From Nitrosopumilus sp. (GTDB lineage Archaea; Thermoproteota; Nitrososphaeria; Nitrososphaerales; Nitrosopumilaceae): a stretch of DNA of 64,000 nucleotides. Of the stretch, positions 19,301-30,372 are shown in pieces. Position 1 is the stretch's first letter. Each line of letters opens with the position of its first letter. A program made the translations under genes and the position numbers. The notes beneath the pieces are model-generated. The model saw only the letters and a list, made by a program, of their open reading frames with translations, did no database searches and was not told the DNA's origin. The stretch covers positions 1,728,001 through 1,792,000 of the forward strand of contig OZ242041.1 of NCBI GenBank assembly GCA_965205215.1, in the 5' to 3' direction.

Positions 19301-19852
19301 CTATCCCTGCTTTTCCGGTTCCCAAGAGTCGCCCCGGAATGCAAACCTAGAGCCGCCGGCATCCGTGGCGGTGCCGAGCCTCCAGCGGGCCGACTCTGTG
19401 TCAAACCGGTACTGGACCGACGAGGTCCCCGGAGGAAGCTTGCCCATGTGGTGCGGCAGCAGCTCCAGCACAAAGTCCATCTTCTCAACCGCATTGTCAA
19501 ACCACCGCTTCTCCAGAGAGTCAACGGTAAACGTGATGCGCATCCTGCCCGAAAATGCAATGACGGCCTTCAACGCGTTGCCCGTGCCACGTCTCCGCTT
19601 CATCTCCTTTAGGATGTCCTTTACACGATCCCAGCGTTTGAAGTCAAACCACTTGAAGAACGCGTCGTTGAACTCCAGAGGGATCTCCAAGCTCAGGTAG
19701 CTTACAAACTCCTCGTCAAACGGGCTCACCTCGTCCTGCACCACCACAAAGTGCGAGTTGAGCAGCCCGTAGAACACCTCTATCTCCCACGGGGAGATCC
19801 CATAGTATGTCAGGGTGGCGCTAAGCGGCTGTGCCATGTACGGAATGCCCAT
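19301..19852 (-). CDS. Hypothetical protein
   Basis: Globular-looking composition, typical codon usage, fills the gap. Confidence 0.75.
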   Translation of the reverse strand: MGIPYMAQPLSATLTYYGISPWEIEVFYGLLNSHFVVVQDEVSPFDEEFVSYLSLEIPLEFNDAFFKWFDFKRWDRVKDILKEMKRRRGTGNALKAVIAFSGRMRITFTVDSLEKRWFDNAVEKMDFVLELLPHHMGKLPPGTSSVQYRFDTESARWRLGTATDAGGSRFAFRGDSWEPEKQG

Positions 19853-19958
19853 GGACGATAATTAAGGCTTGCATCCGGATCCGCGCGCATGCGCGTGCAG
19901 AAATCGTGGCGCCGGCAGAGCCGACCTCAATGCCAAGCGTCGCGCATGCCAGCGGCCC

Positions 19959-20079
19959 GGCAGGGCCCGGCCGCACCAAGCCACGGTTGAGATGGCCGGG
20001 CTACGCGGCAAGCTGGCAGGGCCCGGCCGCACCAAGCCACGGTTGAGATGGCCGGGCTACGCGGCAAGCTGGCAGGGCC
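19959..20079. repeat. Perfect 56-bp tandem duplication (about 2.1 copies)
   Basis: CAGGGCC recurs at 19961, 20017 and 20073 with identical intervening sequence. Confidence 0.93.
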
Positions 20080-20210
20080 TCCATCACCTCTTTCTCCTCT
20101 TCCCTCCTCCACCCTCTTTCTTCCCCCCCCCCCTTCCCCCCAGCGCACCTTTGGAGGGGCTGCACGCATGTATGGTTTATTTACAGACGCGGTGTCGTAT
20201 TCACATGAGA

Positions 20211-22583
20211 ATGGCAGGCATGCCACTTAGGTTACTGATAGTGGCCGTTGCAGTTGCTGCTGCTGTCGCCGCGGGTGCGCACCAAGAAGCCAGCGCCCAG
20301 GACGAGATTGGTGTCGTGACCGTCGGCGTCCTCGTACCATACGACTGGGGCGAGTACGGCACGTACGTGCGTAACGCAATCGACCTGTCCGTGTATGACT
20401 TCAACCGAGGCGCGCACGAGAGGGGGTGGATGCTGGAGACCGTCAAGGCGGACACCAGGAGCGACGGCAAGACGGCCCTGCGGGCAGTAGAATCGATGTA
20501 CGCCGACGGAATACGGGTGGTGATCGGGCCCGCCTACAGCTCGACCCTGGAGTACATATCCGACTACGTCAACCAGAAAGGGATCGTGACGGTCAGCTAC
20601 GCATCCGGCTCCACGGCCCTGTCGGTTCCAGGCGACTACATATTCCGCACCATATCCGACGCGGATACCATCGCGGACGCGTTCGTGGCGCAGATGAGGG
20701 ACGACGGGATCACGCGGGTCGTCACGATATCGGGGGATGACGCGATCGGGCGCTCCGTGGAGGCCGCCGTTGGCGGCGCCGTCGGCAGTGAGCCCGGAAT
20801 GGACATGGTCGGCTCGCTGCGGGTGCCGCTAAAGTCGGCCGGCCCCGACTATGCGGCGGCCGTCGCGTCGCTTGGGGGCGTGCTGGCCGGCATACCGGAC
20901 GCGGATCGTGCGAGAACGGCAGTCATCCTGTTTGACCACAGCGGCGGGATCGTGGACGTGGCGAGGGGCGCGGCGGCGCTAGACGGCGCCGGCGACACCA
21001 TGTGGTACGGGCCGGACCACTCGATGGCCGAGCTGGAGACGGACCCGGTGGCAGTCGAGTTCATGAAGGCGGTGGACTACAGGGCCGTCGAGCTTGCCGC
21101 GAACGAGAACCACGTCAACGTTTGCATCGACGCGGGGCTGGGCGCCCGCGTGTCCGTGGCCAGCATGCTGTCCTACCATGCGTACGACGCCGTGTCCATA
21201 GTGGGAGCCGCAATCGACGCGGCCGGAGGGCCGGGCTACGACGCGGCCGCCGTCAGGAACGGCATGACAGAGGCCTCGAGGGGGCTGGATGCGTCCGAGT
21301 CGGCCATAGGCCTGAGCACCGCATTCAACGAGAACGGGGACCTAGCAGCCAGCGACTACCTGGTGTACGAGATTGACGATACAAGCGGCAGGTTCGTCCC
21401 GACGGCCAGATACGACTCGGTATCAGACTCCGTGGTGCCGAATCCCTTGTACGAACCGCGGCGCATAGGTGCGCTCGTCTCCGAGACCGGATCCCTGACG
21501 GTTCTCGGATACCCCGCAAGCAAGTCCATCTGCCTGGCAGTTGCCGACTACAACTCGCAGCTGCGCGCGAACGGGGCGGACTGGCAGCTGCACCTCACCA
21601 AGCTTGACGACGGGACCATACCGTCAAGGACGCTAGACAACATCAAGGAGCTCTACGGCAACGGCATACGGGCGGTGCTGGGGCCCGTCTCGAGCGCCAG
21701 CCTTTCGACGGTCATGGACTCGTTTGAGGATATAGACGACACGGTCGTGATAAGCTACGCGTCGTCGTCCCCCACGCTCTCTGTGGAGGGCGACAACGTG
21801 TTCCGCATACGCGCGCCCGACACCCACACCGCGCCCGCGTACGCGAAGCTGCTGGAGCATGACGGCGTAGAGAGTGTCGTGGTAGTCCACCGCGAGGACG
21901 CGTGGGGGCACGCGCTTAGTGACGCGGTGGAGGAGCAGCTGGCGCGAAGCCCCGGCATCGACGTGATCGCGAGCTTCCAGTACGACCCGGCAGGGGCCTC
22001 CACAGAAGACCTCAAGGCCGTATCGGACAGTGTGGGCTCGACGGTGGCGGCCGTCGACGGGGCAAAGACTGCCATACTGCTGTTCGGATTCGAAGAGATA
22101 TCGGTACTGCTGGAGCACGCGAGTATCAACCCGTCGCTGCAGGACAGCAAGTGGTACGGGTACTCTAGATCCGTAATAGGGACGGATCCGGGACGGGTGG
22201 ACTGGGAGGAGCGCGTGCGGTTCCTGTCGCTGAACCCGGCGTACGTATCCAACGACGTCAGCCGCTCCATATACGACAGGGTGCCGAACGCCAACGTATA
22301 CACCCTTTACGCGTACGACGCCACATTCACGCTGGCCAACGCCGTGGAGGCAGTCGGCGGCTCGACGGACGCGACGAGGCTGGTCCAGGTCATCCCGGAC
22401 GCGGCGCTCTCCATACGGAACCCGGCAGTAGGGTTCCCGCTGGCGCTTGACCCGGCCGGCGACTTGGACGCGAGGCAGTACACGGCCGTCGTCTACAAGG
22501 ACGGCTCGTTTGTGGACTATGCATACTACGACGGCTCTGAGGACCTGCTGCGGCTGTTGTACCAGCCGAACGTATGCCGCTAG
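20211..22583 (+). CDS. Secreted protein with two tandem LivJ-type (type I periplasmic binding) domains; start reassigned
   Basis: Signal peptide MPLRLLIVAVAVAAAVAAG; two copies of GP..SS, SYAS, FR and YDA motifs. Confidence 0.87.
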   Translation: MAGMPLRLLIVAVAVAAAVAAGAHQEASAQDEIGVVTVGVLVPYDWGEYGTYVRNAIDLSVYDFNRGAHERGWMLETVKADTRSDGKTALRAVESMYADGIRVVIGPAYSSTLEYISDYVNQKGIVTVSYASGSTALSVPGDYIFRTISDADTIADAFVAQMRDDGITRVVTISGDDAIGRSVEAAVGGAVGSEPGMDMVGSLRVPLKSAGPDYAAAVASLGGVLAGIPDADRARTAVILFDHSGGIVDVARGAAALDGAGDTMWYGPDHSMAELETDPVAVEFMKAVDYRAVELAANENHVNVCIDAGLGARVSVASMLSYHAYDAVSIVGAAIDAAGGPGYDAAAVRNGMTEASRGLDASESAIGLSTAFNENGDLAASDYLVYEIDDTSGRFVPTARYDSVSDSVVPNPLYEPRRIGALVSETGSLTVLGYPASKSICLAVADYNSQLRANGADWQLHLTKLDDGTIPSRTLDNIKELYGNGIRAVLGPVSSASLSTVMDSFEDIDDTVVISYASSSPTLSVEGDNVFRIRAPDTHTAPAYAKLLEHDGVESVVVVHREDAWGHALSDAVEEQLARSPGIDVIASFQYDPAGASTEDLKAVSDSVGSTVAAVDGAKTAILLFGFEEISVLLEHASINPSLQDSKWYGYSRSVIGTDPGRVDWEERVRFLSLNPAYVSNDVSRSIYDRVPNANVYTLYAYDATFTLANAVEAVGGSTDATRLVQVIPDAALSIRNPAVGFPLALDPAGDLDARQYTAVVYKDGSFVDYAYYDGSEDLLRLLYQPNVCR

Positions 22584-22706
22584 CGCGGCGAGGCGCGGCG
22601 TCCAAAGGCCCGCATTCTGCCACGCCACGGGACAGGACGCGCAGCGCCGAGCCCCACGCAGACGCCCCTTTTCCTGCTTTAAATATAGGAGTGGTGACTG
22701 CGCATC

Positions 22707-23264
22707 ATGGAGTACCGGACCAGATATCCCAAGACCGTCTCGTTCGTGGACGGGCCAAAGCACGGGAGGATAGGCGTCGACTCGCAGGACGGGGTCGAGC
22801 AGCTGCACATCGTGGTCAGAAAAAGCTTCAACGAACTTTCAAGGATATTTGCCCAAGAGGGTTTTACAAAGGTAAAATTCGAGCACAAGCAGCCGGGCCA
22901 GATAGGGCACGGCTTTAACCTCAAGCTCAAAAAGCCGTGGGAGATACACGTAAGGATGGTCGACCTCAAGAGGGGGCTGATCGGCATACATGCAGAGGTG
23001 GAGGTGTCACGGGACTATCTGCAGCACCTGTTCTCACAGAGGACGCCAGTCGTGTACGAGGTGGCCGACATTCTCAGGAGGTACCAGGTAGAGTACGACA
23101 TATGGCACGGGCGCATACGGAAGACCATACAGGAGATAGCCGACAACTACAAGATCAGGCTTGCCACGCCGAGCCTCCCGGTGTTTGCATGGAAGCCGAT
23201 GCTGTTTGTGATAGGCACCATAGGCGCCATATACGGGTGGAAGTACATTACAACCATAATCTGA
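22707..23264 (+). CDS. Hypothetical protein with C-terminal TM anchor
   Basis: TTTAAATA TATA at 22678; C-terminal hydrophobic helix. Confidence 0.8.
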   Translation: MEYRTRYPKTVSFVDGPKHGRIGVDSQDGVEQLHIVVRKSFNELSRIFAQEGFTKVKFEHKQPGQIGHGFNLKLKKPWEIHVRMVDLKRGLIGIHAEVEVSRDYLQHLFSQRTPVVYEVADILRRYQVEYDIWHGRIRKTIQEIADNYKIRLATPSLPVFAWKPMLFVIGTIGAIYGWKYITTII

Positions 23265-23326
23265 CCGCGCAGGCGCCGCGCTATTGCCTGCCGCGCGAGA
23301 TTTCCGTGGCGGGCGCGCGAGTGCGG

Positions 23327-23656
23327 CTAGACTCCGAGCGGCTCGTCCTTTGTCAGCTCAAGCGAGACCTTGTCGCCGACTGACAGTCCCATGTCCTTGT
23401 ACTCGTGCATGTCGAGCTTGATCTGCGTGAGGTTCCCGGCCATTGCCGGATTCGCCATGCCGGAGAACATCTTGTTGAGATCCTTCATCATGTCGTTGAC
23501 GTTTGTAAACCCCATCACCTTTGGACTGTCATAGGGGGACGGAGGATTGCTCTCCATGCCGCCCTTGAGATCCTTGGCCGACGCAAGCGATACCACGACG
23601 TAGGGGGAGCCGTCGTGGGAGGCGTCGATGCTCTGAACCACAAACTCCTTTTTCAT
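23327..23656 (-). CDS. Hypothetical protein (possibly arcadin-1-like)
   Basis: Beta-rich ends, central amphipathic helix, YKDMGLSVGDKV tail; CTTATAC upstream on the minus strand. Confidence 0.75.
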   Translation of the reverse strand: MKKEFVVQSIDASHDGSPYVVVSLASAKDLKGGMESNPPSPYDSPKVMGFTNVNDMMKDLNKMFSGMANPAMAGNLTQIKLDMHEYKDMGLSVGDKVSLELTKDEPLGV

Positions 23657-23823
23657 GATTGCGGGTAGATTTGCGTCTGTATAAGTGGATTTCTAATCAG
23701 GAACGGGTAACTTGACTGGAGCTGCCAACCGCAGCTTCCCACGTGCCACGACGCTGTTTCCCCATTCCGCTTCGGGAAATGGAACGCGCGGGCACTTGGC
23801 TCTCGTGCCGGCAGCGGCGCCGC

Positions 23824-24744
23824 TCACACCGCCGCAGGGGACGACAGTCCGCGAACATAGACGCACTGCCCCGCAGGCACGGCAGTCTCAGACGGGCCGG
23901 GGCGCCTGCCTGTCAGCTGGATGCCCGAGTCGCGTATTATTACAAACGGGACGGACTCGGCGCCCTCTCCCATTGCGTGGTTTGCAACGGTGGCCATAGA
24001 GTCCGATGCGGCCTGGAACGTCACCTTGAGCGGGTTGCCCTCAAGATCGGGCCTGGATCTGGCGTCCCGGACCGGCTCTATGCCCGCATGGGCCACGGCC
24101 ACCCCGGACGTCCCGACCCTTGCAGGCATCAGCCGGCTGTCGACCAGTATCACCCCCACGGCAACGCCCATCTCAAGCAGGATCTTGCGCCTGAGCAGCT
24201 CGGCAGTCCCGTAGGGCGAGTCAGGATACAGCACGGCCCTGCCCTTTTTCGCGTTTGACAGGTCTATCCCGGCATTGGGCGCAAGCAGCAGGCCGTGCCG
24301 GATGGGGACGCCGGCAGTCCGGTTCACCGCGCGGCGGGCGCCGTGGCCGGCGGGGGGCGGCTCGGAGGGGGGCGGGCGAAACGGGGCGGATGCCGCCATT
24401 ACAAAACCCGCCACCCCCCCGAGTACGCGATCCGACTCCCGGAGTACAAGCTCGGCCATCTCACGGCTCAAACCGTAGCGCCCAGAGAGGCGCCGCGCCT
24501 GCGCGGAGGCTCGCACGCCCCGCACGTCTATGATTCGCCCCTCCGCATACGAGGCATACTTTGTGGATACGGCAAGTATGTCCCCCCGCGCAAGACGCAT
24601 GCCGCGACGCCCAAGCGAGCGGACAAGCTCTGCAAACATGTCAAACCTGCCGCTCATGTGCCTCGACTCAAGCGGCAGCACTGTCAGCGGCACGAACGGC
24701 GCATGCCGCGGCTCTCTTTTATTCTTGGCGGGGGCTTCGACCAA
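23824..24744 (-). CDS. cofE: Coenzyme F420-0:L-glutamate ligase family protein
   Basis: GDILAVSTK, PNAGIDLSN, GVILVDS, GEGAESVP motifs. Confidence 0.88.
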   Translation of the reverse strand: MVEAPAKNKREPRHAPFVPLTVLPLESRHMSGRFDMFAELVRSLGRRGMRLARGDILAVSTKYASYAEGRIIDVRGVRASAQARRLSGRYGLSREMAELVLRESDRVLGGVAGFVMAASAPFRPPPSEPPPAGHGARRAVNRTAGVPIRHGLLLAPNAGIDLSNAKKGRAVLYPDSPYGTAELLRRKILLEMGVAVGVILVDSRLMPARVGTSGVAVAHAGIEPVRDARSRPDLEGNPLKVTFQAASDSMATVANHAMGEGAESVPFVIIRDSGIQLTGRRPGPSETAVPAGQCVYVRGLSSPAAV

Positions 24745-24878
24745 GCGCCGGCGTCAGTCGAAGGCCCTGCCACGGCAGGGCGCCTAGCGGCGCGCGCACC
24801 GGGGCCAATCCGGGCACAAAACCCGGTGCCTGCGCATGTACAAAGCTTTTAACCCGTACCGACATCCAGCGGATTGTA

Positions 24879-26201
24879 ATGAACCTGGTCGAGAGGATAC
24901 TTGCGCGGGCATCCGGCAAAAGCAGCGTGTCGCCGGATGACGTGGTGTTTGCAGAGGTGGACAGGGCCATGCTGCACGACGTGTCGGGGCCCGGGGTGAT
25001 CAAGGTCTTTGAGAGGATTGCGGGGCAGGGAATCCCCACGGACAAGCTGTGGGATCCTGACCGCGTGTGGGTGGCCGAGGACCACTTTGTGCCGTCGGCA
25101 GAAAAGATATCAGCAGAGAACATTGCAAGGCTCTCCGAGTTCACCAGCAGGTACGGAATCAAGAACCACTTTAGGTACGGGATGGGCCAGTACGGCATAT
25201 GCCACACCATATCCCACGAGGAGGCCATGGTGATGCCGGGGGACGTCTATGTCGGGGGCGACTCCCACACAAACACCACCGGGGCGCTCGGGGCCTTTGC
25301 ATGCGGGCTGGGGCACACAGACATGGCGTACGTGCTGCTCAACGGCCAGATATGGTTCAAGGTCCCCGAGACGATGTACTTTAGGCTCAACGGAAGGCTG
25401 CCAAGCCACGTGATGGCAAAGGACCTCATACTGAGGATAATAGGCGACATCGGGACCGACGGCGGGGCCTACAGGACCATGCAGTTCGGGGGGACGGGCA
25501 TAGAGGAGATGTCCGTCGAGGGCCGGTTGACCCTGTGCAACATGACGACGGAGGCGGGCGCCAAGAACGGCATAGTGCGCCCGGACCAAAAGACCGCCGC
25601 ATACCTGGAGGAGAGGATGAGCGGCGCGGGGAGTGAGGCGGCAAAGGTGAGCCTGGGCCGCGGCGGCGCAGACTACTCGGAGCCGGACGGGGCCGACTCG
25701 GACTATGCAGAGGTATACGAGTACGAGGCCTCGGAGCTGGAGCCCGTTGTGGCCGAGCCGTTCTCGCCGGAGAACACCAGGCCCGTCAGCGAGGCCCCGT
25801 CTGTGGAACTTGACAAGTCGTACATAGGCTCGTGCACGGGCGCAAAATACGAGGACCTGGAGGCCGCGGCGCGAGTGCTAAAGGGCAGAAAAGTCAGGAT
25901 CAGGACGGAGGTCCTTCCGGCCGCCATATCGATATACAGGCGCGCCATGGAGTCGGGGCTCCTCAAGATATTTCTGGACGCGGGGGCCACGGTAGGGCCG
26001 CCCACGTGCGGCGCCTGCTGCGGCGCGCACATGGGCGTACTGGGCAAGGACGAGGTATGCATCAGCACCACGAACAGGAACTTTCCCGGCAGGATGGGAC
26101 ATGTCGAGTCTAGGACGTACCTGGCGTCCCCGATGGTGGCCGCGGCATCCGCGGTTACGGGCAGGATTACCGACCCGAGGGAGATCGCGCACGCGGCGTA
26201 A
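24879..26201 (+). CDS. Archaeal-type 3-isopropylmalate dehydratase/homoaconitase large subunit (start reassigned)
   Basis: DSHT, IGSCT, CGACCG, NRNFPGRMG; TTTTAAC TATA upstream. Confidence 0.92.
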   Translation: MNLVERILARASGKSSVSPDDVVFAEVDRAMLHDVSGPGVIKVFERIAGQGIPTDKLWDPDRVWVAEDHFVPSAEKISAENIARLSEFTSRYGIKNHFRYGMGQYGICHTISHEEAMVMPGDVYVGGDSHTNTTGALGAFACGLGHTDMAYVLLNGQIWFKVPETMYFRLNGRLPSHVMAKDLILRIIGDIGTDGGAYRTMQFGGTGIEEMSVEGRLTLCNMTTEAGAKNGIVRPDQKTAAYLEERMSGAGSEAAKVSLGRGGADYSEPDGADSDYAEVYEYEASELEPVVAEPFSPENTRPVSEAPSVELDKSYIGSCTGAKYEDLEAAARVLKGRKVRIRTEVLPAAISIYRRAMESGLLKIFLDAGATVGPPTCGACCGAHMGVLGKDEVCISTTNRNFPGRMGHVESRTYLASPMVAAASAVTGRITDPREIAHAA

Positions 26202-26227
26202 TTGGAAGTGAGAGGAGGAGCAGAAGC

Positions 26228-26764
26228 ATGAGCGGCAACGGTGCAGTTACGGGCGGCGTGATAAAATATGCAAGGGACAACATAGACACCGACGTCATCA
26301 TACCGGGGCAGTATCTGAAGATACACGACTATGCGGAGCTTGCAACGCACGCGATGGAGGGACTCGACGGGGACTTTCACTCAAAGGCCAAGAACGCCAG
26401 CTTTATCGTGGCGGGCCGCAACTTTGGCTGCGGCTCCTCAAGGGAGCACGCCCCTATAGCGCTGGCGCACTCCGGGATCAAGGCGGTGGCGGCCCTCTCG
26501 TTTGCAAGGATATTCTACAGGAACGCGGTGGACGGCGCGTTCCTGCTGCCCATAGAGATAGGGGAGGACGCATACGAGGGCACAAGCGAGGGGGACGTCG
26601 TAACCATAGACGTCAAGGCGGGCCAGCTGCGCAACGAGACCACGGGCAAGAGGTACGAGATCAAGCCGTTCTCAGAGATCATAGGCAAGATAATAGACGC
26701 GGGAGGGCTGTTCAGGTATGGGATGCAGCAAAAGCAGCAGCAACAGCAGCAACCGGGGTCCTAG
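26228..26764 (+). CDS. Archaeal-type isopropylmalate dehydratase/homoaconitase small subunit
   Basis: [28 protein letters not shown]; polyQ tail. Confidence 0.92.
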   Translation: MSGNGAVTGGVIKYARDNIDTDVIIPGQYLKIHDYAELATHAMEGLDGDFHSKAKNASFIVAGRNFGCGSSREHAPIALAHSGIKAVAALSFARIFYRNAVDGAFLLPIEIGEDAYEGTSEGDVVTIDVKAGQLRNETTGKRYEIKPFSEIIGKIIDAGGLFRYGMQQKQQQQQQPGS

Positions 26765-26766
26765 GC

Positions 26767-28212
26767 ATGGCGCAGAACGCCTCCACCCTGTTTGAAAAGA
26801 TATGGGACTCGCACGAGGTGTTGCGCAATGGCGCGGACGGCCCGTCACTGCTCTACGTGGACAGGCACATGGTGCACGAGGTAACGTCCCCGCAGGCCTT
26901 TGAGGGCCTGCGCGCAAACGGCAGGAGGGTCAGGCGGCCGGACCTTACCGTGGCCACGATGGACCACAACGTGCCGACCACGACCGGCGAACGCAGGCTT
27001 CCCATGGCCGACCAGACGTCCGACCTGCAGGTGCGCACGCTTGAGGAGAACTGCCGCGAGTTCGGGATCAGGCTGTTTGGCATGGACAGCCCCAATCAGG
27101 GGATCGTGCACGTGATTGGTCCGCAGCTTGGCATTACGCTGCCGGGGGCCACGATAGTGTGCGGCGACAGCCACACCTCGACCCACGGGGCGTTCGGGGC
27201 CCTGGCCTTTGGGATCGGCACAAGCGACGTCGAGCACGTCCTGGCGTCGCAGACCGTATGGATGCAGAAGCCCAAGTCCCTCGAGATTATGATACGCGGG
27301 CGCATGTCAGAACCGCACGCGGTCACTGCAAAGGACGTCATACTGTACGTGATACGGAAGATCGGAACGGACGGCGGCGCGGGGCACGTGGCGGAGTACA
27401 GGGGCCAGGCCGTGTCGGACATGTCAATGGAGCAGAGGATGACAATCTGCAACATGTCAATCGAGGCGGGCGCCAGGGCGGGACTCGTGGCGCCGGACGA
27501 AAAGACGTTCGAGTACCTGCGCGGCAGGACGTACACGCCGGAGAACTACGAGGAAATGGCGCGCGCGTGGAAAAAGACGCTTAGGACCGATTCAAAGGCG
27601 TCGTTTGCAAAGAGGTACGAGATCGACGCAAGCAGGATAGCCCCCCAGGTCAGCTGGGGGACGAACCCCGGAATGACGTGCGATGTTACGGAGGCGGTGC
27701 CGGATCCCGCCGAGTATGGGGACGGCGACAAGTCAAGGGAGGATAGCGCCAGAAAGGCATTACAGTACATGGGGCTCGAACCCGGGACGCCCATGACAGA
27801 GATATCGCTTGACAGGGTCTTCATCGGGTCATGCACCAATGCAAGGCTCGAGGATCTCATCGAGGCGTCCCGCGCAGTCAGAGGGCGAAAGATTGCACGC
27901 GGGGTGAGGGCCATGGTGGTGCCCGGCTCGCAGGCAGTAAAGAGGGGCGCGGAGGAGATGGGCCTCGACGCCATATTCAAGGACGCGGGTTTCGAGTGGC
28001 GCGAGTCAGGATGCAGCATGTGCCTCGGAATGAACCCGGACATACTCATGCCCGGCGAGCGTTGCGCGAGCACATCCAACCGCAACTTTGAGGGCAGGCA
28101 GGGGACAGGGGGCAGGACGCACCTTGCAAGCCCCGTGATGGCTGCCGCGGCCGCCGTGAACGGCCACTTTGTAGACGTAAGGGAGATGGACATGCCGGAT
28201 GGAACCGTTTAG
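26767..28212 (+). CDS. leuC: 3-isopropylmalate dehydratase large subunit (bacterial type)
   Basis: [22 protein letters not shown] and NRNFEGRQG motifs. Confidence 0.95.
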   Translation: MAQNASTLFEKIWDSHEVLRNGADGPSLLYVDRHMVHEVTSPQAFEGLRANGRRVRRPDLTVATMDHNVPTTTGERRLPMADQTSDLQVRTLEENCREFGIRLFGMDSPNQGIVHVIGPQLGITLPGATIVCGDSHTSTHGAFGALAFGIGTSDVEHVLASQTVWMQKPKSLEIMIRGRMSEPHAVTAKDVILYVIRKIGTDGGAGHVAEYRGQAVSDMSMEQRMTICNMSIEAGARAGLVAPDEKTFEYLRGRTYTPENYEEMARAWKKTLRTDSKASFAKRYEIDASRIAPQVSWGTNPGMTCDVTEAVPDPAEYGDGDKSREDSARKALQYMGLEPGTPMTEISLDRVFIGSCTNARLEDLIEASRAVRGRKIARGVRAMVVPGSQAVKRGAEEMGLDAIFKDAGFEWRESGCSMCLGMNPDILMPGERCASTSNRNFEGRQGTGGRTHLASPVMAAAAAVNGHFVDVREMDMPDGTV

Positions 28213-28867
28213 GACGGTCAGGAGCGTGGCAACGCCGCTTGACAAGATAAACATCGATACGGACCAGATAGTGCCAAAGCAGTTTCTAAAGCTGGTGCAG
28301 CGCTCGGGCTTTGGGAGGTACCTGTTTTATGACTGGAGGTATGAGAGGAGAGAGGACGGCAGCGGCGACGCATCCGTCGTCCCGAGGCCCGACTTTGTAC
28401 TAAACCATCCCAAATACAAGGGCTCGGCCATACTCGCGACGGGGGAGAACTTTGGGTGCGGCTCCTCAAGGGAGCATGCGGTATGGGCCCTTGCCGACCA
28501 CGGATTCAGGGCCGTGATCGCGCCATCCTTTGCAGACATATTCTACAACAACTGCTTCAAAAACGGCGTGCTTCCGGTCACGCTTGAGATAGGCGAGGTT
28601 CGAGACATACTCAAGTTCGAGGGCGACATAGAGGTCGATCTCGAGGCCAAGGAGATAAGGATGTACGGCCCGGGGGATCACGCCGGCCCATCTCACGTGG
28701 CACGGTTTGAGATAGAGCCCCACAGGCGGACGGTCCTTTTGGAGGGGCTAGACGAGATTGCGCAGACACTAAAGTACGAGAAGGAGATAGCAGAGTTTGA
28801 GAGCAAGTCAAGCATGACAGGGAGCGCGGCCCCTTCCCTGCCCCCCGACAAGCCGCCCGGGACGTAA
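28199..28867 (+). CDS. leuD: 3-isopropylmalate dehydratase small subunit
   Basis: [38 protein letters not shown]. Confidence 0.95.
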   Translation: MEPFRTVRSVATPLDKINIDTDQIVPKQFLKLVQRSGFGRYLFYDWRYERREDGSGDASVVPRPDFVLNHPKYKGSAILATGENFGCGSSREHAVWALADHGFRAVIAPSFADIFYNNCFKNGVLPVTLEIGEVRDILKFEGDIEVDLEAKEIRMYGPGDHAGPSHVARFEIEPHRRTVLLEGLDEIAQTLKYEKEIAEFESKSSMTGSAAPSLPPDKPPGT

Positions 28868-28965
28868 CCGCCGGCGGATGGAAGGAAGGGTGGAGCGGCA
28901 ACAGCATGTCACGCACACCGGACGACAGACTGGGGCGTGATGCCAGACGCGCAAAACCGGGACCG

Positions 28966-29814
28966 CTACGGGGCGCCTGCCCCGGGGCGTGCGCGGGTCA
29001 TCTCAGACAGTATCTCGAGTATGGCGTCCTTTTTTCGCTCCAGAATCGCGGGCGATTCTACGTCGACCCACTGCGCGTCGCCAATGTCAAACGCGCTTAT
29101 TGCGCCCTCCTCTGAGAGTCCCTGCAGTATGTCATGGGAGAGGTTGATCTGCGTCCTGACGGTGGCATCTCTGCTGCTGCCGCTGCCATCGCCGCTGCCA
29201 TCGCCCGCCTCACGCGTAGCGCGCGTCGCGGAATTCGCATGATCCATCGCGTCAGATATGCGCGACAGCACGTCGTGACGCAGTATATACACCCCGAGGC
29301 ATTCGGGCAAGGGCAGTTCCATCACGGGCTTTTCGACGAACTTGAGCACGACTCCGTCGTCGTCGACTACGGCAAAACCAGTCTCTTCGGCGCGCTTGGC
29401 GCGAGTCGCAATGCACACAGTGCTTCCCATGTCACGGAACTGTCTGTACATTCCGGCCAGATCCACGGCGCACAGGTTGTCGGCGAACCACAGTACAAAC
29501 GGCTCGCCCGGCGGGATCAGTCCCGACGCGTGCAGCAGGTCCCCGCCGGTGCCGCTCTGCGAGTCCTGCACGAATGCAATGCGTCCCGAGTCGCACGCGG
29601 GATCGTCTGCGCCGTAATAGTTGTAGATCTGCCCCCCCAGTCCCGCAAGATCTGTGATTACAACAACCTGGTCCACAAATTCAAACGACTCGACATACCG
29701 TACAATGTGGTCGATGAGGGGCTTGTCGCGTACGGGAGTCATCGCCTTGGGAAAGTACTCCGAATACGGCCTGCCACGGGTGCCCTGCCCGCCGGCCATG
29801 ATTACTGCCTTCAT
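28966..29814 (-). CDS. Sugar-phosphate nucleotidyltransferase family protein
   Basis: MKAVIMAGGQGTR...PK, GTGG, FVEKP motifs. Confidence 0.88.
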   Translation of the reverse strand: MKAVIMAGGQGTRGRPYSEYFPKAMTPVRDKPLIDHIVRYVESFEFVDQVVVITDLAGLGGQIYNYYGADDPACDSGRIAFVQDSQSGTGGDLLHASGLIPPGEPFVLWFADNLCAVDLAGMYRQFRDMGSTVCIATRAKRAEETGFAVVDDDGVVLKFVEKPVMELPLPECLGVYILRHDVLSRISDAMDHANSATRATREAGDGSGDGSGSSRDATVRTQINLSHDILQGLSEEGAISAFDIGDAQWVDVESPAILERKKDAILEILSEMTRARPGAGAP

Positions 29815-29919
29815 GGGTGTACGGACGGTAGCTAGATTATGATATAATCATACGTATTGACCAAGACGGGCGTGGCGATGTGCATGCGGCGCCGGCGCCG
29901 GCGACAGGATGCGTCGCGG

Positions 29920-30372
29920 CTACCGGTATGATTTCTGCTTTCTTCTTCTCGCGCCGGGCCCGCCGAACTTTTTGGGCTCCTTGCGCCGGGCATCGCCGCT
30001 TATCAGGTACTTGTCATAGTCGGCAATCCTCTTGCGCAGGGTTTCGCGATCGGATCTCGAAAATGGGTGCGCCCGAGGCTCCTTCTTGGACTTTGTCCAT
30101 CCTGTCAGGGCCCTGGATATACCGATTGAGGCGGCTCCTGCCTGTCCCATGACGCCGCCGCCTCTGACGCGTACAGAGATGTCGATCTGCTGTCGCACGC
30201 CCTCGCCGGCAATCTCAAGTGGCGCAAGCATCACCTCCCTTGCAATCTCCTGCGGAATCATCTCAACGGGGACGTTGTTTACGCGCACCCTGCCCTTGCC
30301 CTTTGTTATGTATACGTGGGCGCTCGATGTCTTGCGCGTTGCAAAATATATCTCGGTCTTTGGCGTCGTCAT
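29920..30372 (-). CDS. rps9: 30S ribosomal protein uS9
   Basis: RKTS, GGGVMGQA, KKFGGPGARRRKQKSYR. Confidence 0.97.
   Translation of the reverse strand: MTTPKTEIYFATRKTSSAHVYITKGKGRVRVNNVPVEMIPQEIAREVMLAPLEIAGEGVRQQIDISVRVRGGGVMGQAGAASIGISRALTGWTKSKKEPRAHPFSRSDRETLRKRIADYDKYLISGDARRKEPKKFGGPGARRRKQKSYR

Noticed and set aside
19959-20079. Possible CRISPR array
   Set aside because: Contiguous tandem duplication with no unique spacers and no cas genes.
24879-28867. Two adjacent leuC/leuD-like pairs as a recent duplication
   Set aside because: They belong to divergent subfamilies (archaeal Hac/IPMI type versus bacterial LeuCD type), so they are old paralogues.
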